Below, one piece after another: positions 15,724-25,100 of a stretch of 54,091 bases of DNA. The translations under genes and the position numbers were made by a program. The DNA is taken from IMG/VR virus record IMGVR_UViG_3300039008_000121, positions 1 through 54,091 of that record; one strand, written 5' to 3'. Positions within the stretch are counted from its first letter, which is position 1; every line of letters starts with the position of its first letter. The notes beneath the pieces were generated by a model. It had not been told where the DNA came from. It saw only the letters and a program-made list of their open reading frames with translations, and did not search any database. This stretch comes from a virus.

Positions 15724-16200
15724 ATGAAAGAACTATCACACTCAGATCTCTGTAATATTGGCGCAAGGTGGATCAGTAAAAAAGGATTACCACTCGCGGC
15801 AGTTGAGTTAAAAACAATTGGTCGAGAAATTCCAGACGTGTACGCAACCAATGGAATGATGAGCGCAATTATGGAAGCTAAAGTAAGTCGATCAGACTTT
15901 CTTGCTGATGCCAAAAAAGAACATCGAATGCATCCATACAGAGGAATTGGAGATCTTAGATATTATATCTGTCCCGAAGGATTAATTAAGCCTGATGAAG
16001 TTCCCTCTGGATGGGGATTGATTTGGGTAAGTCAAAAAGGAAGGATTATAGAGCAGATTCCACTATTCAAAGGCAACATTCCAAGTGAGTGTTCTATGAG
16101 GCATCCTTGCGACAAACAAAAAGATCGAGATATTCTCTATTCAATTTGTCGCAGGTTTATCCAAGGAAAAGCTGACAAGTTGAATGTGAGATACAGATAA
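15724..16200 (+). CDS. PD-(D/E)XK nuclease, MmcB-like
   Basis: IPDVYA ... IMEAKVSRSDFLADAKK is a D...E-x-K core with the 'KVSRxDF' signature seen in MmcB-family proteins. Confidence 0.5.
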   Translation: MKELSHSDLCNIGARWISKKGLPLAAVELKTIGREIPDVYATNGMMSAIMEAKVSRSDFLADAKKEHRMHPYRGIGDLRYYICPEGLIKPDEVPSGWGLIWVSQKGRIIEQIPLFKGNIPSECSMRHPCDKQKDRDILYSICRRFIQGKADKLNVRYR

Positions 16201-16283
16201 TCAAACTACAACTCTCACAAAAATTATATACAAGAACATTTTAAAATTATATAAAATACAATAAACTTAAATATAATTGAGCG

Positions 16284-16685
16284 GTGGAAAACTTTTATTA
16301 TGAACCAATGGAAATGCCAACACCCTGCGAGCATTGCGGGACAATATTTGACTTAAACGATGGCTACCGAAGTGATAAATGGCACGATGGAATAGTTATA
16401 TGTGCCAAATGCCACGAAGAAGAGGAACGGGAAATTGAGGAAGATGAACGGTGGGAAACTATTAACCTTGAAATTAGCAATGCTTTGTACGGACTTGATA
16501 AGGAAGATGGCGCGTGGGCTAAACTTGAACACGAGAACCGCGCATTAATTATACAGCTTGTTAGCAATTCGTTTTTTGTGTGGTGGCAAAATACAGGAAG
16601 TGCTATAAGACCAAATAAGGATGAAGATTACGAGATACACGTAAAAAGAGTATGTGATGAATTTTTAAAGGCGTCGGCAAAATGA
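16284..16685 (+). CDS. Zinc-ribbon protein with an acidic linker (GTG start)
   Basis: CEHCG...CAKCH forms a four-Cys ribbon. The region is about 45-48% GC. Confidence 0.5.
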   Translation: MENFYYEPMEMPTPCEHCGTIFDLNDGYRSDKWHDGIVICAKCHEEEEREIEEDERWETINLEISNALYGLDKEDGAWAKLEHENRALIIQLVSNSFFVWWQNTGSAIRPNKDEDYEIHVKRVCDEFLKASAK

Positions 16686-16855
16686 TTGCTAACGTGCTTG
16701 GTGTATGCGGAGGCTGAGGAACGAAGCTTACGTATGACACCGTGTTACAAACTGGTGCCTATACGCTGAATTACAAACGAGATACAGACTTAGTAAAAGA
16801 AAAAGAGGGAGGGGAAAATCTTTTAAAGAGTACCTAACATTTTAAATACAATAAG

Positions 16856-17167
16856 ATGAAAGAAGAATTATGTGCAGCACAGCCAATGGCTAAAAAAAGC
16901 TTAATGAATGCACTTGAAAACTTAGAGAGAAAAGCTAGCAACTTAATGGACTTAGCAAACTTTAGTGACCAAGTGGTGGATAAGTTAAACAACCCAAGAC
17001 CGCAACCAGAACCAGAACCTACGGATGAATGTATGGATAAAAAAGGTTGCGTTGATAGACCAGTGCCAGACTTAATTGACTTGTTTAATGAAGTTGCGGA
17101 CAAACTTGACATTGCGACTAATAGGATTGGAAATAACACGGAACGAATTAAGTCTATTATTGAATAG
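16856..17167 (+). CDS. Hypothetical 103-aa protein
   Basis: The protein looks like a coiled coil. The ORF is followed by the GTGGGGT...ACCCCAC hairpin (17174..17204). The antisense ORF 16834..17139 is judged a shadow. Confidence 0.5.
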   Translation: MKEELCAAQPMAKKSLMNALENLERKASNLMDLANFSDQVVDKLNNPRPQPEPEPTDECMDKKGCVDRPVPDLIDLFNEVADKLDIATNRIGNNTERIKSIIE

Positions 17168-17288
17168 TGTGCGGTGGGGTTTTTCTTTTACGGATTGACC
17201 CCACTACACTACAAACGAGAGCCGAATGTTGATGCACTTGTTTGTAACTACTTTATAAAATTAATAAAACCCCGAAAACACCTGTAAA

Positions 17289-17534
17289 ATGGCAGAATAC
17301 AAAAACATATCCGATTCAGACCTTGCACAAATACGCAACATTATCGATGATAATCCACTTATCGCCTTAGATATATTGCACGATTGCGCAGAGTTGATCG
17401 GTGCTATTTCTGTATCCGAATATTCACACATTTTAGGAGTGCCAAAAAGAACGGTTCAGGACAGGTGCAAAAAGGATAATATTACTTGTGTAGAAATTGG
17501 AAACGTAAAGTTTCCCTGTATAAATATTGACTAA
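17289..17534 (+). CDS. Small HTH protein
   Basis: 81 aa. YSHILGVPKRTVQDRCKK is an HTH-like segment. Confidence 0.5.
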   Translation: MAEYKNISDSDLAQIRNIIDDNPLIALDILHDCAELIGAISVSEYSHILGVPKRTVQDRCKKDNITCVEIGNVKFPCINID

Positions 17535-17569
17535 CACCATATCGTTGAATCCAACAAATAGATAAAACA

Positions 17570-18088
17570 ATGAATAATATTAAAATTACAAATAGCGAAA
17601 TAATATTTCGAATCGATGTGAACTTTGAAAATTGCGAGGTTGATATGGTATATAAAGAACTTGCAGCAGCAGGAGTACAAACACCAGTTCCATCCATCCT
17701 TTGCGATGTAGCCGTAATCCCAATCAATAAAGCTAAAATGAAAACTACTCCTACCCGCGATAGCGTTGAGTTTTGCTTACAATGGCTTGCAGGATTTGTT
17801 GATAGAAGTACAATGACTATTCAAACTGGAAAATGGGATAAAGATTACTCTAAAGAAAGTATCACCAAATATACAGATGATGGAATGGCATACATCACTT
17901 ACCCTGACGTAAAAACAGAACTTGAAGAACTAGGGTTAGATGTTCTGTCAACTCACAGTTTAATGATGGGGTGTTGTCACTTAAACTGTTCATGTCCTCC
18001 CGAAATTTTTTCAATGGAAATTGTTGAAAAAGCAAACAAAATTGTAAAAGAGATATTCGACAGATTTTGCATTTTCTACGACTCCTAA
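17570..18088 (+). CDS. Hypothetical protein, 172 aa (last gene of the rightward operon)
   Basis: Its 3' end overlaps the convergent gene 18085..18513 by 4 nt. Confidence 0.55.
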   Translation: MNNIKITNSEIIFRIDVNFENCEVDMVYKELAAAGVQTPVPSILCDVAVIPINKAKMKTTPTRDSVEFCLQWLAGFVDRSTMTIQTGKWDKDYSKESITKYTDDGMAYITYPDVKTELEELGLDVLSTHSLMMGCCHLNCSCPPEIFSMEIVEKANKIVKEIFDRFCIFYDS

Positions 18089-18513
18089 ACAAACCCAATC
18101 ATCTCCTCCAACACATCCTGCTCAACACCTTTAAGAATGTATTTTAGGATGATATCAATAGCTTTTTGGTAGAAATCATTAAAGGCATCATTATCCATAC
18201 TGGCGAACGAAATAGATTTTGCCTCTCGATAGATCGTACCATCAAACAAAACAGACTCTTCGCAATGCCCCATCTCAATAGCAATGGCCTTGCGAAGTTT
18301 TTCCGTATTAGGATAGAAATCTTCCAGGTGTTCAGGCATATGATCAATCGTAAAACTAAGCAGCGCAAAGAATTTTCTATGCTTCCACAAATCACGAGGT
18401 TTGGTACACTTAAACTTTCTTGTTTCTCCAAGTGGAATTTTGTTGTACTGCATTTCGTCCATATCGCCATAAGGCAAAAGGCCACGCTCAGTTTTTATAA
18501 GAAATAAATCCAT
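18085..18513 (-). CDS. Hypothetical phage protein, 142 aa
   Basis: It contains PRDLWKHRKFFALL, a motif reminiscent of small conserved phage families. It is the last gene of the leftward late operon. Confidence 0.55.
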   Translation of the reverse strand: MDLFLIKTERGLLPYGDMDEMQYNKIPLGETRKFKCTKPRDLWKHRKFFALLSFTIDHMPEHLEDFYPNTEKLRKAIAIEMGHCEESVLFDGTIYREAKSISFASMDNDAFNDFYQKAIDIILKYILKGVEQDVLEEMIGFV

Positions 18514-18992
18514 TATACCATTTTCATTTTTCTCAACTGGAAAGACCTGTTGTTTAAAGCTCGTTCAGCTGCAATCACATCAATCTGGTATTTCTTTTCA
18601 TCATCGACCTTACCAGTGAGCTGAGACCAACCCACCATAACCGATTTTACAAGAATCTCCTTAATAGCACGATCAATCATCTTTACCACATTCTCGTTAT
18701 AAGCCTGCCTGTCTTTAATCGTAAAAGAAATATCAGTATCAGTGTTCGCATGATAATCGGTGTCAGAAACAAGCTTTTCCATTCGGCCAATTACGATATC
18801 AGCACCCTCAATCAATTTCTCTTCAAAGGCATCTCGCTCATCCTCCGTCAAGGCCAACTCATCAAGCAAGCTTTTACCTTCTTCAGTTCTAATATTTCTC
18901 GCTCTGTATGATGATAACAAAAATACACTCTTAAATAAATCATCTTTCTTGTACGAGAATATAATATTTCCATCAGGTTTGGTATATGACAT
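18513..18992 (-). CDS. Hypothetical virion/connector-region protein, 159 aa
   Basis: ORF in the late operon, with start/stop overlap to its neighbour. Confidence 0.5.
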   Translation of the reverse strand: MSYTKPDGNIIFSYKKDDLFKSVFLLSSYRARNIRTEEGKSLLDELALTEDERDAFEEKLIEGADIVIGRMEKLVSDTDYHANTDTDISFTIKDRQAYNENVVKMIDRAIKEILVKSVMVGWSQLTGKVDDEKKYQIDVIAAERALNNRSFQLRKMKMV

Positions 18993-19003
18993 AGTTCATT
19001 GGT

Positions 19004-19624
19004 TTAAAATGGTTGTGATTTTCTTCTTATTGGCTTTTTTCGATACATCAAATCACGCTTAATTTGTCTCAAAGCCTCTTCAAATTGCTCCTTTTGTACA
19101 TTTGCCTCCTGGTACATTCTTCTTAAAGCATACCATTGACTTAAAATTCCTGCCATTAGCGCATCATGAATACCCTGCAAAACAACACCTTTCATATTTT
19201 CCTCAAACGAATCTGAGAATTTCACATTATAAGCAATGTACTTACCCGAATAGCTCTCAACATCTTCATTATACTTAACAGCACCTTCAATATTCCTTCC
19301 AATAGCGCACAACTTTCGATAAATTGTATAAACAGAATTTCTAAGCAACGGATAGAACATATCCTTATCACTACTCTCACTTAATGCGATTTTATCCATC
19401 CCATCCATTCCATTCTCATCCGAAACAGTCTGAGAAGTATACAAACTACGATTGATAACTTCATTAAAAATTGCATTTTGGTTAAAAGCAAACAAATCCG
19501 ATCCGTCATCCATAGGAACAATAACATCAGGCGATATAGCAATATCTGTCGGATCAGGAATAAACTGCCTGATATACGCATCCAACGCCTCGCCATATTC
19601 AAGTTTCTCCTGAGCTAAATCCAT
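19004..19624 (-). CDS. Hypothetical virion/connector-region protein, 206 aa
   Basis: ORF in the late operon. Confidence 0.5.
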   Translation of the reverse strand: MDLAQEKLEYGEALDAYIRQFIPDPTDIAISPDVIVPMDDGSDLFAFNQNAIFNEVINRSLYTSQTVSDENGMDGMDKIALSESSDKDMFYPLLRNSVYTIYRKLCAIGRNIEGAVKYNEDVESYSGKYIAYNVKFSDSFEENMKGVVLQGIHDALMAGILSQWYALRRMYQEANVQKEQFEEALRQIKRDLMYRKKPIRRKSQPF

Positions 19625-19625
19625 A

Positions 19626-20162
19626 CTACCAAAATTTAAGTTTCGATAACAAATTCAATACAATTCCAACCATATTAAGAGAAGTGAATTTCTGAACAAC
19701 ACCAATCACAATCAAAGTAAGCTCAGCAAGTACAATCCAAAACGACCACTTGTAAGCCTTAGGAATATAACTTGTCCGGATAACCTGAACCTCGCTTGTT
19801 TCTCTTATCGCCCTCTCCAAAGTAATATTCATGTTAATTGGAATCACTTCTTTATTAATGTATGAATACACTTCCAACTTTCCTTTGGTAATTCCAACAT
19901 CAAGAGTAATCAACTGGCTTTCAATTGTTCTTCTGTCCATTTCAGCCTTACCATCAACAACAAGAACATCACCAGTAACAGCAACCGAATCTTGGGGGAT
20001 AGGAATATCCTGAACAAGATATATGGTTGTATCCTTATAAACTGTTTCAGTTTCAGGAACACCACACACCTCCACAAATCGATCACAGTTCCGGGCAATA
20101 CGTTTATTTGTCATGCAGCTACCTAGTAGCAACACAAAACTAATCAGTAGTAGATTTCGCAT
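19626..20162 (-). CDS. Lipoprotein with C-terminal TM helices: unimolecular-spanin candidate
   Basis: MRNLLLISFVLLLGSC has a lipobox. The C-terminus has WSFWIVLAELTLIVIGVV and MVGIVLNLL hydrophobic segments. It lies at the distal end of the lysis cassette. Confidence 0.45.
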   Translation of the reverse strand: MRNLLLISFVLLLGSCMTNKRIARNCDRFVEVCGVPETETVYKDTTIYLVQDIPIPQDSVAVTGDVLVVDGKAEMDRRTIESQLITLDVGITKGKLEVYSYINKEVIPINMNITLERAIRETSEVQVIRTSYIPKAYKWSFWIVLAELTLIVIGVVQKFTSLNMVGIVLNLLSKLKFW

Positions 20163-20385
20163 TTCTTTTAGGTACTAAGCGGTTAAAAACAGAGGCAAAA
20201 AACTCACGAGCCGATTGGCCTTTAAAAATAATCAGGAACACAGCCAGGCCAACAAAAGCAGCAGCCTCTTTAAAATCCAAACTCTGCTCAGGTACAATAC
20301 CCGATTTCATAAGCAATACCCATAACACTACAATTATTCCCAGAACAGTTGTAGCCTTGTCTGTAAAAGTTGATGTTGTTTCCAT
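20140..20385 (-). CDS. Two-TM small membrane protein (holin/antiholin-like); start moved to METTST
   Basis: The track start at 20418 lies inside a conserved intergenic hairpin plus an A-run. The TM segments are VLGIIVVLWVLLM and AAAFVGLAVFLIIF. Confidence 0.5.
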   Translation of the reverse strand: METTSTFTDKATTVLGIIVVLWVLLMKSGIVPEQSLDFKEAAAFVGLAVFLIIFKGQSAREFFASVFNRLVPKRNAKSTTD

Positions 20386-20401
20386 ATCTATTTGTTTTTT
20401 T

Positions 20402-20432
20402 TTGAGATTCTCACTCAAAGTGAGGCTCTCAG
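20402..20432. repeat. Conserved intergenic hairpin, family A, copy 1
   Basis: TTGAGATTCTCAC-TCAAA-GTGAGGCTCTCAG. Confidence 0.85.
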
Positions 20433-20454
20433 TAATGTAAAAGCTGTAAATAAA

Positions 20455-20485
20455 GTCTCCCCTTCAGGGGAGATTTAGAGGGATG
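20455..20485 (-). terminator. Conserved hairpin, family B, copy 1 (weak terminator/attenuator right after the endolysin stop)
   Basis: TCTCCCC-TTCA-GGGGAGA plus the conserved flank TTTAGAGGG. In the sense orientation it is followed by CTTTATTTA. Confidence 0.5.
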
Positions 20486-21013
20486 TCAAATTTCCACACG
20501 CTTATTAATCCAACCCCAAATATTTGAGCGTTGTGTTTTATCTTTCTCAGCTAGTTTGATGTAATGCATAGCCTGAAATCCATTAATCACTTTAAGTATT
20601 CGAATTGGTTCAGGCATGGTATTTATTCTGCCCAACGTAATCGAACCCAATCCGCCATCTACACGCAAATCTTTTCCATACCTTCCGTTATAGTTCAAAA
20701 CATTAAAAGCTCTTTGCAGGAATACCACCGACTTACTTGGCCCCATATTTATGGCATTATCCAAACATTCAAATGCAATCGAATCATCCTTGATCATATC
20801 AATGCCTGTTTCCAACCAAAAACCGATATGATAAATCTGAATTGCATTCTGCATCGTTAAATCTCTCATATCACCTTTATAACCGAACTGCCTTGCGGTC
20901 TTTTCAGTAATACCGTAATTGGTTTTCCCTCCACGATCATTTTTGCGATCAGAATAACCACCTTCAATATCTAATATCTCTTTTATAAATGCTATAAATC
21001 TTTCTTGCATCAC
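20486..21013 (-). CDS. Endolysin, GH108-type lysozyme with a C-terminal peptidoglycan-binding region
   Basis: EGGYSDRKNDRGGKTNYGIT matches the EGG-x-D-x-GG-x-T-x-x-GIT signature of glycoside hydrolase family 108. Confidence 0.85.
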   Translation of the reverse strand: MMQERFIAFIKEILDIEGGYSDRKNDRGGKTNYGITEKTARQFGYKGDMRDLTMQNAIQIYHIGFWLETGIDMIKDDSIAFECLDNAINMGPSKSVVFLQRAFNVLNYNGRYGKDLRVDGGLGSITLGRINTMPEPIRILKVINGFQAMHYIKLAEKDKTQRSNIWGWINKRVEI

Positions 21014-21372
21014 TTTTTAACTTTTGCAATTAACTCCTTAATTCTCCCCTTATCAATATTCAAATTCTCACAAATCGACCAAAACTCAGTTAACCCACAA
21101 TAAGCACCTGCAATTTTTGCCAAGTGCAACGATTGCCACGTCAAACTTTCATCGGTTATATGAGCCGCCACAATAAATAGGAAGTAATTCACCGCCTTGC
21201 TTACAGTGTGTCGCAACCTAAAAGAGCTGATTCTTTTTTTATTTAAATAAGATTTTCGTACACCTGTAACAAGATCGATTGTGTATAATGCCAATACAGC
21301 AATAAGAATCGATTGTATTGGTGCGAAATAGGCCGATAAAGCCAAGAGTATTTTAAGAAGGATCGTTTTCAT
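21010..21372 (-). CDS. Holin candidate (3 TM)
   Basis: 120-aa membrane protein. Its stop overlaps the endolysin start. Confidence 0.5.
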   Translation of the reverse strand: MKTILLKILLALSAYFAPIQSILIAVLALYTIDLVTGVRKSYLNKKRISSFRLRHTVSKAVNYFLFIVAAHITDESLTWQSLHLAKIAGAYCGLTEFWSICENLNIDKGRIKELIAKVKK

Positions 21373-21374
21373 AG

Positions 21375-22145
21375 TTACAGTATTACTTTAGTGATATCAA
21401 CTTGAGTATATGGAGGATTTGACTCCCAAAGTGCAACTATGGTGGCACCACCTATTAACCCTGCCGTTCTTAAATTTCTGGCATACCCGTAAAATTTACT
21501 CCCTGCTATAGTATTACTATACCCAAGGCGAAACTCCTTTGTACCTCTGCTAATATTGAAACTTTTAAAACGGGTTGTATAAGAACCATAACCAGAGAAT
21601 ACACTAATCATATAGTCATAATCTCCAATTACCGGGTTATATTCTCTATTATAGAAAAAACCTACTGTTATTTCATCAGTGGTGTTATACTGATTTGCAG
21701 CCGATGAATAAGTGAATGTTGTATTATCAGCATTAAATTTTAGTTTTATTTGCTGATCGACTGAATCAAAATAAAGAGTACACACATCTTCTATTTCGAA
21801 AATATTCCGAGTGATTGAGGTAGATGCCAATTTTATATCTATTTTAACATTAAAACTAACATCTCCTTGAGGAATTACGAAATTTGCATCTAGGCCATAT
21901 GATGTACTTCCATTTAAGTAACCCCAAGAAATTCCATGCTGATAATTTCTAAACTCACTCAACCAATTTCCATCTTTAGAATACTTGGAATCAAAACCGT
22001 TTGAATTGGCATTGGCAAAACAGGCCGATAAACTTTTATCGCAACCAATCACACTGGCAACATTGTTCAAATTCACCACGGCATTATCAGGAACCTGAGC
22101 AAAGCAGGTATTCCAAACTAATAGTAAAATCAATACTCTTTTCAT
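21375..22145 (-). CDS. Signal-peptide protein, 256 aa, translationally coupled to the fibre gene
   Basis: MKRVLILLLVWNTCFAQ is a Sec-type signal. Its start overlaps the fibre stop (ATGA). Confidence 0.55.
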   Translation of the reverse strand: MKRVLILLLVWNTCFAQVPDNAVVNLNNVASVIGCDKSLSACFANANSNGFDSKYSKDGNWLSEFRNYQHGISWGYLNGSTSYGLDANFVIPQGDVSFNVKIDIKLASTSITRNIFEIEDVCTLYFDSVDQQIKLKFNADNTTFTYSSAANQYNTTDEITVGFFYNREYNPVIGDYDYMISVFSGYGSYTTRFKSFNISRGTKEFRLGYSNTIAGSKFYGYARNLRTAGLIGGATIVALWESNPPYTQVDITKVIL

Positions 22146-25100
22146 ACTTTCTCCTTTCTCCTCCTGCCCTTTACTTTCAAAAGCAACACAAAAGCCAGTC
22201 CGATAAACAGATAACTCAAATAAACCATACTTTTTAAGTCCGATAAATCCTGCGTCTGTTGTTTTATGATTTGATCCTGTCTGGCAACTTTTGCAATCAG
22301 CAAGCTTTGGTAACTCACCGATTTTGTTTGCAAACTATCCTGAGTGGTATAAACCATTTCCGGGGCAATCTTCTCCAAGTCCTGAGCTTTCACTCCATAT
22401 CGTAGCCTTTTGGTTGAATCCGACCTCAAATAATAGGAGATGAAATCAATATCATCGAATTTCTTCAGATCCTTCACAGGGTTCATGTTTGCTTTTAGTC
22501 TGATATCTGAGGTTGTCGATACGTCAGTTGCTGTTACTGTACCTGTTGTTGTCCAATTATCAAAACCGTTTAGAACCCCACCTGCACTTATGTTTAAAAG
22601 TGTTTCAGTGTTATTTTGAAAGGAGTAACCCGAAATAGTATTAGTAGATCTAAATATATGTCTACTGCCATCAGTAGAAGCCTCTATGGTTAGATTTCTA
22701 CCGCCAACTTCATTATTGATGATCAAATCCCCTTCAGTAGTAACATTACCTGTAACACCTATACCACCAGTAGTAACCCTCAGCCTTTCTATGAGATTAT
22801 TAAATGTAGAACCTTCATTAACTTCAAATCCAATAAATTGATTTGCACTATTAATATTTCCACAAGTAATTTTTGCTAACTTTTGAGTTGCCAATAATGG
22901 ATTAGTAAATTCTAATACATCTCTAGATTGTCCAGTATTAACAGTTGCTCCTATATCTAATTGACCTGTAAATATACCACTACCACCTGTATAGTTTCTG
23001 TTGTTGTCTATTACTGTTGTTCCTGCTATAGAATATGTTTGAGCATTCCACGGAGTAGTGCTGTTATTTGAATTACCAGTATGATATAACTCTCTCCAAT
23101 CTCCAAAAGTAGTAGATGCAGCATTAATACCAATACCCCTTCGCATAAAGAATCTATCAGCGTTTTCATCTGCATAAATACCCATCCATCCTACGCCAGA
23201 GTTGGAAGATGTACCATTACTATACATGGATATATTTAAGAACCCAAAAGAGCTTGTTCCCGAAGGTTTATCAGTTAGATTAACTGAGTAGTAACTTCCT
23301 GATTTGGTTAGTGATGTTGATGCCACATTACCCATCCTTAATGTAGCTCTATTATTATCTCCAAACACAAATCTGTCGCCACCAGTGCCATCTGAATAAA
23401 CTACATTACTAAGTGTTCCTGCTGTGTTTATTGATGTGCCGTTTAGTTGATATTCACCAGAAATATTATTTATATTCCCATCATTGTCAATATATAATCT
23501 ATCAGCTAAGGCGGTGTTATCTCTAATTGTAAATCCATTATTACCTATACCTGGCTGACCTGAACTAATCCACCATTCCCTACCATTAACTCCAGTGTTG
23601 TTTAATCTTAACGTCGTAGCCGTAGCTCCATTAGCTGTAATAGTTTGGGTTGTAAAATTATTATCAATATTCTTTAACGCTACATTACTACTTAAACTTA
23701 CATCTGCTAATGTTCCTGTTACATGAGAAGATAAGTTGATTTTATTGGCTGTGATAGCCTGATTTACCATGCTCAAATACGATTCACCGCTAAGAGTAAC
23801 ATTTGGTGCATCCGCATTCACTCTGGCACTGGTATAGTATTTATTAGTTCCCTCCGGAATGTCGGAAGTGGTTAATGACACAACACCGCTTTGTCCATTT
23901 ACACTTGAAACATTATCGGCAGGCTTTTTCAGTTCTACCCATTCAATATCATCCCAGATATAAGTATTAGGTTCGCCGTTACCAATATCAGCAACAATTG
24001 CAACATCACCTTCTTTTGCTACTAAATCATCACGTATTGCAATTGTGGCAACCTGGTACACATCTGTAAAAGCAATAGCAGGTAATTGGGTAGGGTAAAT
24101 CTTACCTGATCCATCCAGATTAGCAACGCCATTGGCAATACCTTTTTCAGCAGAACGAACATAGCGTCCATCCAAATTAGCACCGTTCCCACCAGAAATA
24201 CTTAAATCACCAGTACTTGAATTAAATGAAAGATCTTGTTCGTCTGTATTATCCTTGTAAGGCGATAAGTCAACAGCGGTAGGATCGCTTTCAAGTGATA
24301 GTATATCGCCTGATAAGTTTAAATTCTGATCATCAGTATTGTCAAGATATTTAGTCAAATCAACAGTGCTTAAATCGTTGGTAATGCTCAATTCATTACC
24401 AAGCAATTTTAAATCGATTAATGGTAAATCTTTCCAACTTGCATTACCGCTTGCGTCAGAACCTAACCATTTTCCACTTCCTGCACCATCCCAAATTGTC
24501 AAAGCCTTTGTTCTAAACTTTCCATCGCGCCTAAATGCGTAGCTTGCATTTTTTACCCCTATAGTAAATTCAGATTCTTCCGCACCAGGTGTTCCATTTT
24601 GAAGTTGAGTTGTAAGAGTTGCTGCATCTACCAAATCACCATTGTTATTTTTAGCTTGTATTTTGATATCGGTTAATACACCAACAGTACTTGTTGTATT
24701 TTTAATAGTTAGAATATTGGAACCACCATTGTTTTCAATGACCATTTCATCCTTAAAGGTTTTTTTACCGCCAATATCCTCGGCAGATACCTTATCAACA
24801 AAATCATCACCACTACTTAATGGAATGTAACGCCCATCTAGATTAGTTCCATTTCCACCAGATATACTTAAATCTCCAGTTCCCAAATTGAATGATAAAT
24901 CTTGTTCATCAGTATTATCCAATTCGTTTGTCGGATCGTTATCATTGTCGGCAACATCAATATTCACACCTGCACCATTTTCAATATTTACAGGTTGAAC
25001 AGTTCCCGATTTGATTCCCAAGGATAAGTTTTGATACTCATTAGTCGAATCACCATCGCCATCCTCAACATTAAACACAATCGGATTAGCACCAGTAATT

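Noticed and set aside
16834-17139. A 101-aa minus-strand ORF
   Set aside because: It mirrors the plus-strand ORF 16856..17167, which matches operon direction, has a more protein-like sequence and is followed by a hairpin.
18144-18507. Two 113-aa ORFs (one on each strand) overlapping 18085..18513
   Set aside because: These are alternative frames of the same segment. The 142-aa minus-strand frame couples with the neighbouring late genes and has the most protein-like sequence.
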